Shown here: in pieces, positions 29,296 to 37,236 of the stretch
Layout of the letters: the number at the start of each line of letters is the position of its first letter
How positions within the stretch are numbered: the stretch's first letter is position 1
Source of the DNA: Candidatus Iainarchaeum sp.
Lineage (GTDB): Archaea; Iainarchaeota; Iainarchaeia; Iainarchaeales; JAZDFD01
NCBI GenBank assembly: GCA_043808155.1
Contig: JAZDFD010000006.1
Coordinates: 1 to 44,176, forward strand
DNA: 44,176 nt
Direction of reading: 5' to 3'
Made by a program: the position numbers and the translations under genes
The notes under the pieces: model-generated
Seen by the model: the letters and a program-made list of their open reading frames with translations, nothing else
Databases searched by the model: none
What the model was told of the DNA's origin: nothing

Positions 29296-30315
29296 TTATC
29301 TTATATCCGAGTTTTGTTTTGTTACCTTAGTTGCATAAGGGTCTAGCTGATTAATACGTGCATTTGGCCCTCCGCGATAATATCCTGAAAGCAGATTATT
29401 GAAGTTTGTGCTTGAACCTTTGCGTCTTATTTCAAGTTCGTGGCTTATTATTTCATCATGCGCAATTGAAAGCATCATGTTTAATTTCAAATCGTTTTTC
29501 AGGAGAGTTCTTAAGTTTGCAGTTGAGATTGAGTCGGAAATTTTTGCAATGATTTCATCTCTGAAAGGAAAATTTTTATCTGCAAGTGCTTGTCGTCTAA
29601 TCATCTTTGTAGATGACGGCATTATTTGTGTTATGCCTAATGCACCAGTCTTTGAAACTGCCTGCCAGTTTCCGTTGCTTTCTGTCAGAATTCTTTTTAC
29701 AAACATTTCAAAATATTCAGCTAATTTTTCCGGGGTGAATCCCCGTATCTGTGAGTATTGTCTGCATAATTCAAATGCAGTTGGCAGAACAATTAACATT
29801 GTTTGTGCTCTTGCTGCGTAATTTTCAGAACCATGTCCGTTTTTGTAAGCACTGATTCTTTGCTCTAAATTTGTTTTTAACTGTGAAAAATATTTAGTCT
29901 GTGTTGCGTAATTATTGAAATTATTAATAAGTCGTTCTGAAACTATGCACTGGGGAGTCGGAAGATGATTTATATCATTGGGAAGTTCAACATATTTAAC
30001 AGGCCTTGCAACAAGGAATTTTTCAGGAACATTCATGTCAACATCTTTCATTCTGTTAATAAAGTCCTGAGTTGCTTGTTGTGAAATTTCAGATTTCTGC
30101 ACAGGAAGTGATCTTACTCTTTCAATTCCTTTTGAAATTCCAAATCCTGCTGCAGCTGCTCCAAGCATGGCAACTGCTTTTCCTCGCCCAGTCAATGTCA
30201 ATCTTTTTTTTTGGGAGATGGGTTTTCTTGTGGGTGAAAGAATCTCACTGGCAGGTGGTAATTTTCTCCCAGTACGAAGTTTCGGTTTTGGGTAGTGGGA
30301 ATGTGGATTTGGCAT
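29296..30315 (-). CDS. Transglycosylase SLT-domain protein with membrane anchor
   Basis: TESNG...AVSKTGALGITQIMP...YYRGG SLT motifs. Start probably MPNPH (ORF track starts at 30330). Confidence 0.75.
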   Translation of the reverse strand: MPNPHSHYPKPKLRTGRKLPPASEILSPTRKPISQKKRLTLTGRGKAVAMLGAAAAGFGISKGIERVRSLPVQKSEISQQATQDFINRMKDVDMNVPEKFLVARPVKYVELPNDINHLPTPQCIVSERLINNFNNYATQTKYFSQLKTNLEQRISAYKNGHGSENYAARAQTMLIVLPTAFELCRQYSQIRGFTPEKLAEYFEMFVKRILTESNGNWQAVSKTGALGITQIMPSSTKMIRRQALADKNFPFRDEIIAKISDSISTANLRTLLKNDLKLNMMLSIAHDEIISHELEIRRKGSSTNFNNLLSGYYRGGPNARINQLDPYATKVTKQNSDIR

Positions 30316-30360
30316 AACATAATTATACACTGCATATTTAATAATTTCCCGCTCTCGAAG

Positions 30361-30379
30361 TTCAGAGGAAATGAACTCT
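30361..30379 (+). promoter_or_regulatory. Conserved motif upstream of LAGLIDADG remnant (copy 2)
   Basis: TTCAGAGGAAATGAACTCT, 56 nt before ATG. Confidence 0.6.
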
Positions 30380-30416
30380 AAGAGCGTTTATAAATGCTGA
30401 AAAACAATTTTTTATT

Positions 30417-30734
30417 ATGCTGAGGGTTGGTGATAAAAAAGGTGCAAGGATAAATCCCCTTGCAACTATTCCGTCAAAAATGTCTGCTGATTTAGCTGAA
30501 GAAAGTGAAAAATTAATACTGCAAATAGACAAAATACTAAAACAAAATAACTTCACCACTTCGGCGGTACTGAATTCCAAAAACAAAGCAAGTAATGGAG
30601 TTGAATGCATAAACAGCAGAGTATATCTTTATGGAGTCAATAATCTCAAAAGATGGTCAAATTTAATTGGTTTTTCAAATCCAAAAAACATATGCAAATT
30701 CAACATTTGGCAAGAAAAAGGATATTTAAAATAG
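30417..30734 (+). pseudogene. Internally deleted LAGLIDADG paralog of 33445..34173
   Basis: MSADLAEE joins directly to SEKLILQI...ASNG...IGFSNPKN...EKGYLK. The paralog has ~130 extra aa here, carrying both catalytic motifs. Confidence 0.8.
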
Positions 30735-30806
30735 CCCCATCCGGGATTCGAACACGGGACCTCGACATTACCAATGTCGCGCTCTAACCAGCTGAGCTAA
30801 TGGGGC
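30733..30806 (-). tRNA. tRNA-Thr(GGT)
   Basis: GCCCCAT/ATGGGGC, anticodon arm CGACA-TTGGTAA-TGTCG, U73; one T-stem mismatch. Confidence 0.93.
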
Positions 30807-30859
30807 AATAATACCTAACAATAGGTAAAAACATTTAAATTGATTCACTCAATTAAACA

Positions 30860-30882
30860 GGTTCAATTCCCGCCAGAGGCTT
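30860..30882 (+). repeat. Orphan tRNA 3'-end fragment (att-like), partly repeated at 31771..31784
   Basis: GGTTCAATTCCCGCCAGAGGCTT vs CCTGCCAGAGGCTT. Confidence 0.55.
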
Positions 30883-30932
30883 GAGATTCTTTCCGAAACT
30901 ATAAAATATGAGTTTGGACTTAGTTATGATTT

Positions 30933-31316
30933 ATGAAAATGTATTTAATTTTTGGATTAATTTTAGCAGTTTTAATTTTTAGTGGTTGTGCAAATAATAA
31001 TGGTGTAGGCCCATCCCCTTCATTCACAATATCAATAAGTAATGCTTCGGAATATTCGGATTATGAGTTTTATTATGTAGGTAATATTTGGGAAGATCAA
31101 TTAACGTTGATAGCTGATGATACGGAGGTTTACAAATTAAATACTCATGTTACAGTTTATGCTGTTCCTAAAGAACTGAACATTAATAAAAATACTTTTG
31201 CGGAAATTAGTTCAAAAAGTGTTAAATCCCAACAAATATCATTAGACTCAGGAAATAATGATTTTGAAGTTAGTTCTTTTGATACTGCAAATGGAACTAT
31301 GTTGTTAAGTAAATGA
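30933..31316 (+). CDS. Secreted lipoprotein-like hypothetical protein
   Basis: IFSGC lipobox-like signal. Confidence 0.8.
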   Translation: MKMYLIFGLILAVLIFSGCANNNGVGPSPSFTISISNASEYSDYEFYYVGNIWEDQLTLIADDTEVYKLNTHVTVYAVPKELNINKNTFAEISSKSVKSQQISLDSGNNDFEVSSFDTANGTMLLSK

Positions 31317-31353
31317 AGAATAAATAAATATGAGTTTGGACTTGGTTTGTAGT

Positions 31354-31656
31354 ATGAACAAAATAATAAAATTAATAATTATTATTGGAATTATCATTGT
31401 ACTGTTTATATCCATATTTGTAATTAGCACAGTTATTTTTGCGATTAGTTCCGTTGCAGATACTGACGAAATTGCAATTATGTTAACTGAAGCTAAATGT
31501 AATTGGAGACTTTCTGATATTCCAGCTGAAACATGCTCTGCAATTTTTACAGGCGTCTATTTCAATGGTGAAAAATGTGTAAGTGATATCACAGGTGCAT
31601 GCAAAAATTATGCTCCTTTTGGAACTTTAGAAGAATGTCAACAAAAATGTGAATAA
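31354..31656 (+). CDS. Membrane-anchored protein with Kunitz/BPTI-like domain
   Basis: N-terminal TM helix; six Cys with the pattern C...CSAIF..YF....C....GAC....F.TLEECQQKC. Start MNKII preferred over 31330. Confidence 0.7.
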   Translation: MNKIIKLIIIIGIIIVLFISIFVISTVIFAISSVADTDEIAIMLTEAKCNWRLSDIPAETCSAIFTGVYFNGEKCVSDITGACKNYAPFGTLEECQQKCE

Positions 31657-31844
31657 TTCACAAACTACGAATATTTCAAACAAACGAACATCACAAACTT
31701 TAAAAGAAGTTTCAGGGCAAATTATAATAGTACGAAAAACAGCTCAATACATTGAACAAGACTGATTCAGCCTGCCAGAGGCTTTCTTTTTCTGTTTACG
31801 AAGAAAGCATTAAAAAATCCAGAATTGTAATAATAGTGGTTTAT

Positions 31845-32522
31845 ATGAAACTGAATGATGAACTTGTGGATGCTATTGTCGATAAATACATCAAAGACGG
31901 AGATGTGATTTCTTTTGGAACTTCGAAGGCGAGTGAACAGCTGATTAAGAGAATTGCAATAAAAATCGAAGAAAAAAATGAAAAAGTGTATGTGGTTCCT
32001 TCATCTTTGAGAATGGCTTCAATTGCTTCTGATTTGGGGCTTGAAATTGTCACGCTTGATGAAAAAGAAGTTGATGTTGCAATTGAATTTGCAGAGTATG
32101 CAGACGAGCAGTTTAATTTTGTTAAGATGGATGCGAGTTCGTTAATTAAAGATAAAATGATTGGGCAGAGTGCTGCAGAACTGATTGTTATTTGTGACCA
32201 TGATAAATTTGAAAAGCGTTTGAAAGTGATTCCTTTTGAAGTTGCTTCATTCGGATGGAAAAGAACCGAGATTCAGCTGGGTGCATTAGGAAACGCAAAA
32301 TTAAGGAAACATGACGGAAAAGTTTTCAAAACTGAAACGGGAAATTATTTCATTGATGTGGAATTGGATGATGTTTATTCATTAGAAGATATTGATTATG
32401 CGACAAAAGAAATCCCCGGCGTAATTGAAACAGGACTTTTTATTGGTTATGCTGACAGATTCTTATTACACAACGGAAAAGAGATTACTGTTAAAAGCAG
32501 GCTTGATTATTCAAAACAATAG
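31845..32522 (+). CDS. Ribose-5-phosphate isomerase A-like protein, catalytic motifs degenerate
   Basis: RpiA fold motifs (VPSS, PFEV, T.TGNY, IPGVIETGLF), but SFGTSKA and EFAEY replace GLGTGST and DGADE. Confidence 0.8.
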   Translation: MKLNDELVDAIVDKYIKDGDVISFGTSKASEQLIKRIAIKIEEKNEKVYVVPSSLRMASIASDLGLEIVTLDEKEVDVAIEFAEYADEQFNFVKMDASSLIKDKMIGQSAAELIVICDHDKFEKRLKVIPFEVASFGWKRTEIQLGALGNAKLRKHDGKVFKTETGNYFIDVELDDVYSLEDIDYATKEIPGVIETGLFIGYADRFLLHNGKEITVKSRLDYSKQ

Positions 32523-32535
32523 GGGTTTGGAGAGT

Positions 32536-33177
32536 ATGCAGGACTTACAGAAAGAGAATTGCGCAAAGAAGGCAATGGAATTAGTTAAGGACGGAATGGT
32601 TATTGGGTTAGGGAGCGGAAGTACGTTAGTTTATTTCACACGCTTTCTTGGACACTCAAACTTAAATGTAAAAGTGGTTGTTAGTTCCAAGCAAATTCTA
32701 AAAGTTGCAGAAGAAGTTGGTTTAGAAATTGTTGATTTTGAAAGTGTAGATAAAATTGATTTAGCAGTTGATGGTGCAGATCAGGTTGACAAGGAATTTA
32801 ATTTGTTGAAAGGTCTTGGTGCATTTGCAGTTGTGGGGGAAAAGAAATTAGATTATTTTGCAGAAAAATGCGTTATTGTTGTTGATGAAAGTAAAATTTC
32901 TAATGTTCTTGATAGGAATGTTATTTTAGAAATTAATCCTCACAAACTTGAGAGTGTTAAAAAAGCGCTCATGAATTTTGATTGTAAAATTGTGAAAGAA
33001 ACCATGCATGAGGGAAATTCAGTTGTTTTTTTGGATTTTGGAGTTATTAAAAATTCAGCTGAATTAGAGCAAAGAATTGATGCAATTGATGGTGTTAATG
33101 GCAATGGAATCTTTGCTAATTTTAAGCAGCCAATTGATGTGATTGTAGGCAAAAATCAGGGTGCGGAATTCCTCTGA
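32536..33177 (+). CDS. rpiA: Ribose-5-phosphate isomerase A
   Basis: GLGSGST, DLAVDGADQVD, KGLGA...EK. Confidence 0.85.
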   Translation: MQDLQKENCAKKAMELVKDGMVIGLGSGSTLVYFTRFLGHSNLNVKVVVSSKQILKVAEEVGLEIVDFESVDKIDLAVDGADQVDKEFNLLKGLGAFAVVGEKKLDYFAEKCVIVVDESKISNVLDRNVILEINPHKLESVKKALMNFDCKIVKETMHEGNSVVFLDFGVIKNSAELEQRIDAIDGVNGNGIFANFKQPIDVIVGKNQGAEFL

Positions 33178-33326
33178 CAAAGTGCAAAGTTTCTCTGAAA
33201 TTCTTTTTTAATAGTTTGCCAGGCAAATTAGTAATGTCTGTCGCGGTAGCTCAGCCAGATTATTTTTAAGTTACCTTTTTTAAGACTTTCCAGAAACAAG
33301 TTTTAGTGCTTTAATACTGAGCATTT

Positions 33327-33440
33327 GCCAGAGTAGCTCAGCCGGTTAGAGCACTAGACTGGTTTTTTGGTCTATTAATCAAAAAATACAGGGTGAAACT
33401 CATAATCTAGGTGTCAGGGGTTCAAATCCCCTCTCTGGCA
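33327..33440 (+). tRNA. tRNA-Met(CAT), probably elongator, with 40-nt non-canonical 30/31 intron (33358..33397)
   Basis: GCCAGAG/CTCTGGC. BHB: GAG-CACT-AG|A-CTG / CAG-GGTG-AA|A-CTC; splicing gives CTAGA-CTCATAA-TCTAG. Confidence 0.9.
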
Positions 33441-33444
33441 TTAT

Positions 33445-34173
33445 CTATTTAACATAGCCTTTCTCGAGCCATGCTTCTAGTTTCTTCAAATTTTTAGGAT
33501 TAGAGAAACCAATCGAATCAACCCATCTTCCAAGGTTTTTCTTCCCAGAAATATAAACTCTGTTTATAAAACACATTGTCCCATTGCTAGCCACACCAGG
33601 CTTATCATATTGAACACATGTTGTAAATCCCATATTCAATAAAATTTCATTTACTTGTTCTATTAATCTTCTACTCTTACTTGCTATATCGATCCTTGGA
33701 TAATATTTTATTTTTTTGTATTTTTTCTGAAACTGCAAACAACCATCAGTATCAATCAATCCCCGTAAAAAATCACTAACAAAATCCGACTTTAATACAC
33801 AATCAGGAATTTGTATTTTATTTTTCGACCCAATAGGAAACCCTAACGCTTTTTTGAACTGAAGTAATACTTTCGAACTGTAAACAAGTTGAAGACAGTC
33901 CTTTTTCTCATAAATTTTCGTATCTAAGTTATAGACTTTTTTCATCAATTTTTTTAGATGTTTGACATAATCTAACTCGTCTTTTCCAGATGAAATAGTA
34001 TAGTTTATAATATTTCTATGAGGCAATCTATACAAATACAGTCCTCCGTCTCCAACATGAATTCCAAACTCCTCTGCTAATTCAGCACTCATTTCTCTTG
34101 GAAATTTAATTCCTTTTTTCCTATCAACTGAAGAAAAACTAATTCTTGAAATATCAACCAACTCTTTATCCAT
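33445..34173 (-). CDS. Free-standing two-motif LAGLIDADG homing endonuclease-family protein
   Basis: LAEEFGIHVGDG and FLRGLIDTDG; stop codon 4 nt from the tRNA-Met 3' end. Confidence 0.9.
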   Translation of the reverse strand: MDKELVDISRISFSSVDRKKGIKFPREMSAELAEEFGIHVGDGGLYLYRLPHRNIINYTISSGKDELDYVKHLKKLMKKVYNLDTKIYEKKDCLQLVYSSKVLLQFKKALGFPIGSKNKIQIPDCVLKSDFVSDFLRGLIDTDGCLQFQKKYKKIKYYPRIDIASKSRRLIEQVNEILLNMGFTTCVQYDKPGVASNGTMCFINRVYISGKKNLGRWVDSIGFSNPKNLKKLEAWLEKGYVK

Positions 34174-34210
34174 ATAATAATTTGAGTTTTGTGCTTTAAA
34201 AACGCTTTCA

Positions 34211-34230
34211 AAGAGTGGATTTCCGGTGAA
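34211..34230 (-). promoter_or_regulatory. Conserved motif upstream of LAGLIDADG gene (copy 3)
   Basis: TTCACCGGAAATCCACTCTT on the - strand, 57 nt before ATG. Confidence 0.65.
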
Positions 34231-34266
34231 CTTACATTTTTTAATAATTTAGCTTTTGATTATTAA

Positions 34267-34303
34267 TGCCGATGACGATCCGGCTGAGCGATGAGTGTTT
34301 GAT
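34267..34303 (+). ncRNA. Possible box C/D-like small RNA
   Basis: GATGA-8nt-CTGA-GC-GATGA arrangement ~25 nt downstream of an AT-rich TATA-like stretch; guides are short and the D box is imperfect. Confidence 0.3.
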
Positions 34304-34363
34304 TTATCAAATATAGTGATTATAAGTAATGAGTTCTGAGGCAAATTATTTCAAAGTGATGTT

Positions 34364-35200
34364 ATGGGTCAGCAATTGAAAACTGTGTTTTTTCTCGGGT
34401 TAATGACTGGGATTTTCTTACTTACAGGATACGTAATTGGCGGAGAATTTGGAATAATAATTGCTTTTGTTTTAGCGCTTTTTATGAATTTAATTAGTTA
34501 TTGGTTTTCAGATAAAATTGTTCTGAAAATGTATCGTGCAAAGGAAATTTCAAGAAATGAAAATCCTGAACTTCATTCAATGATTGAAATGCTCGCACAG
34601 CAATTTGAAGTTCCTAAACCTAAAGTTTATTTGGTTGAAAACCCATCACCAAACGCATTTGCAACTGGTAGAAATCCGGCAAATGCTGCAATTGCAGTTA
34701 CAACCGGACTTTTGAAATTATTAAATACAGAAGAATTACGCGGAGTTCTTGCCCATGAATTTGCACACATTAAAAACAGAGATATTTTGATTAGCACAGT
34801 TGCAGCAGTAATTGCAGGTGCAATTGGAATGCTTGCTTTTTTTGCAAGGATTGCAATGTGGGGCGGAAGTTCACGTGACAGAGGAAATATTGTTAGTTTG
34901 ATTTTAGTTGCAATTATGATTCCGATAATTGCAGTGATTGTGAGATTGGCAATTTCACGTTCTAGAGAATATTTAGCAGATGAAACAGCAGCAAAAACAA
35001 TTCATTCTCACATTGGTTTAGCAAATGCATTGCAGAAATTACAGTATGGGACTAAAAAAATTCCAATGCACAATGCAAATGAAGGCACTGCTCATATGTT
35101 CATTGCAAACCCTTTCGGAAAAACTGGATTTATGGAATTATTTTCAACTCATCCACCCATGGAAAAACGAATTGAAAGACTGAGAAATGTTTCAATGTAA
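34364..35200 (+). CDS. htpX: Zinc metalloprotease HtpX
   Basis: PNAFATGRNP, HEFAH, ISRSREYLAD, FSTHPP. Confidence 0.97.
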   Translation: MGQQLKTVFFLGLMTGIFLLTGYVIGGEFGIIIAFVLALFMNLISYWFSDKIVLKMYRAKEISRNENPELHSMIEMLAQQFEVPKPKVYLVENPSPNAFATGRNPANAAIAVTTGLLKLLNTEELRGVLAHEFAHIKNRDILISTVAAVIAGAIGMLAFFARIAMWGGSSRDRGNIVSLILVAIMIPIIAVIVRLAISRSREYLADETAAKTIHSHIGLANALQKLQYGTKKIPMHNANEGTAHMFIANPFGKTGFMELFSTHPPMEKRIERLRNVSM

Positions 35201-35230
35201 GTAATAAAAAGCTTCTTCTGCACTTTTCAT

Positions 35231-35293
35231 ATGCGAGCGAGGACAAACCCATAGCGCAAAGCGTATGGGTTCAACTCAAGGTTGTGGCCTTGT
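35231..35293 (+). repeat. Structured tRNA-Glu 5' leader
   Basis: Begins ATGCGA like the Arg leader; CCCATA/TATGGG and CAAGG/CCTTG hairpins; ACTCAAG shared with the Arg leader. Confidence 0.6.
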
Positions 35294-35366
35294 GCCCCTG
35301 TAGTGTAATGGTTAAGCATTCTGGCTTCTCAAGCCAGCGATTTGGGTTCGAATCCCGGCGGGGGCA
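35294..35366 (+). tRNA. tRNA-Glu(CTC)
   Basis: GCCCCTG/CGGGGGC, anticodon arm CTGGC-TTCTCAA-GCCAG. Confidence 0.95.
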
Positions 35367-35377
35367 TGATTAATACA

Positions 35378-35546
35378 TTGCTATTGAGCGAACAAAGTGA
35401 GCATGTGGCACTTCAGTGCCACTCGTACTAGCCGGACGTGTCGGCTTTCGAATCCCGGCAGGGGCATAAAATACAGTGCTACCGAAGGTGCACAGATCAT
35501 AGCCGAGTCTTTTCGTTTTAGTGCTATTGAGCGAAGCGAAAAGTAC
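35378..35546 (+). repeat. tRNA-linked hairpin modules including a duplicated tRNA-Glu 3' end (35447..35466)
   Basis: TGCTATTGAGCGAA x2, GCCGGACGTGTCGGC, TTCGAATCCCGGCAGGGGCA, AGTGCTACCGAAGGTGCAC. Confidence 0.8.
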
Positions 35547-35616
35547 CAGTGTAACTAACACAATAAGACCTAAGCTTTTCAAAACAATTAAATATGAGAA
35601 AGGGGTTAAGTTCTAA

Positions 35617-36048
35617 ATGATGAACAAAAGAATGCTGGTTGCAGGAGTTCTTTCAATTATTAATCTATTTTTATTATATGTTTCTATATTTGTAATTGGG
35701 TTATATATTTTACCAGGGCAGTTTCTTACTTTTTTTCCTTTAATTGTGGGGGGAATTGTTTATTACTGGGCTAATAAAAAAAGAAAATATGATACATTGA
35801 AATCATTTATTTACTTTAATATAGCATTCTTTTTGTCTTTTATAATTCCATTTGGGGCGCTTGTGTTAATCTATGTTCTTACTGCCCCAATAATTAGGCC
35901 CATGTATGGGGTTGAGCCAATGTACGGAGTTCCAATGCCTGCTCCAGAGTATGGTGTTGGGGCAATTACAGGTACAGTTTTGTTTGGATTTAAAGCTAGA
36001 ATTTATTTAATAATGGATTCAATTAAGAAACTTTTTAGAAAGATTTAA
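35617..36048 (+). CDS. Membrane protein with three PxYGV motifs; candidate radical SAM substrate
   Basis: RPMYGVEPMYGVPMPAPEYGV following TM helices; directly upstream of the rSAM gene. Confidence 0.75.
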   Translation: MMNKRMLVAGVLSIINLFLLYVSIFVIGLYILPGQFLTFFPLIVGGIVYYWANKKRKYDTLKSFIYFNIAFFLSFIIPFGALVLIYVLTAPIIRPMYGVEPMYGVPMPAPEYGVGAITGTVLFGFKARIYLIMDSIKKLFRKI

Positions 36049-36073
36049 TAGACTTTTATATTCAATTGTTTTT

Positions 36074-37123
36074 ATGAACTCAATTATAAGAAATAATTAC
36101 GGACTTATTAATCACAATATTTACAAAATTAAGAACAAACTTTCAATTCTTGATGGCCCTACTTATGTTCAATGGCTTGCAACCCATGATTGCAATTATT
36201 CATGCGCTCATTGCGGCACAAGTGCGGGAAAAGCCTTGAAAGATGAATTAACAACTAATGAAATAAAAAAAGTTATTGAAGATATGGGCGAAATGGGTGT
36301 AAAACTTCTTTCGGTAACTGGAGGAGAACCACTTTTGAGAAAAGATTTGTTTGAAATGTTACATTTGGCAAAAAGTAAAGGAATGCATGTTGGGTTTGTT
36401 ACCAATGGTTCTTTAGTTTCAAAATATAAAAAAGAAATCAAAGAACTGGAACCATATTCAATGATGGTGAGTATTGATGGAATTAAAGAAACACATAATT
36501 TTTTGAGAGGTAATGAAGCACATTTTGATAAATCTATAGAAGCAGTTGAATTTTTTAATAAAATTAATGTGCCTATTGTGAGCATTGCAACAACAGTAAA
36601 TAAGAAAAATTTAAATGAATTAGAAGAATTAAAAAAAATTGTAATGACTTCGGGTGCAACACATTGGAGAATTAATATTGCAATTCCTGAAGGCCGTGCA
36701 AAAGATAAAGATTGGATGCAACTAAATGATGATGAATTGAGACAATTGTTTGAATTTATTAAGAAAACTAAGGGTGAATTCAATATTGAAATTTGTGAAG
36801 GTGCTGGTTATTTGGGAAAATTAGATAAAGACTTAAGAAAAATGCCATTCTTTTGCGGGTGTGGGTGGAATACATTTACTATAATGGCAAATGGATATGT
36901 TATGGGCTGCCCCATTTTTGAAAATCAAGAAGAGTTAAGTGAAGGAAATGTGAGGCAAAACTCAATAAAAGAAATTTGGGAAAATAAATTTGAGAGATTT
37001 AGAAATCTTCAATTAGATGAAACATGTAATAGTTGCAATAACGTAAATGCATGTAGAGGCGGCTGTTGGATGATGAGACTATTTGATGCTCATTGTTTAA
37101 AAGAAACATGGGAAACATACTAA
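36074..37123 (+). CDS. Radical SAM/SPASM domain protein
   Basis: CNYSCAHC, TGGEP, SIDG, SPASM C...GC...CxxCxxxxxCRGGC. Confidence 0.93.
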   Translation: MNSIIRNNYGLINHNIYKIKNKLSILDGPTYVQWLATHDCNYSCAHCGTSAGKALKDELTTNEIKKVIEDMGEMGVKLLSVTGGEPLLRKDLFEMLHLAKSKGMHVGFVTNGSLVSKYKKEIKELEPYSMMVSIDGIKETHNFLRGNEAHFDKSIEAVEFFNKINVPIVSIATTVNKKNLNELEELKKIVMTSGATHWRINIAIPEGRAKDKDWMQLNDDELRQLFEFIKKTKGEFNIEICEGAGYLGKLDKDLRKMPFFCGCGWNTFTIMANGYVMGCPIFENQEELSEGNVRQNSIKEIWENKFERFRNLQLDETCNSCNNVNACRGGCWMMRLFDAHCLKETWETY

Positions 37124-37236
37124 AAACTAAATTATTTTTTGACTACCAACAAGGGCATAATACCGATAAGCATTGTGGGGGGGTGCTAGTATGCAAGGTA
37201 TTGATTTTTAAAGTTGTAGAAGCTGATTCTAAGTAT

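Noticed and set aside
22391-34173. LAGLIDADG ORFs as intein- or tRNA-intron-encoded
   Set aside because: No extein or Hint motifs. The flanking tRNAs are complete, and their BHB introns are too short to contain the ORFs.
34284-34295. Hammerhead ribozyme core
   Set aside because: CTGAGCGA does not fit CUGANGA, and no GAAA or stem arrangement is evident.
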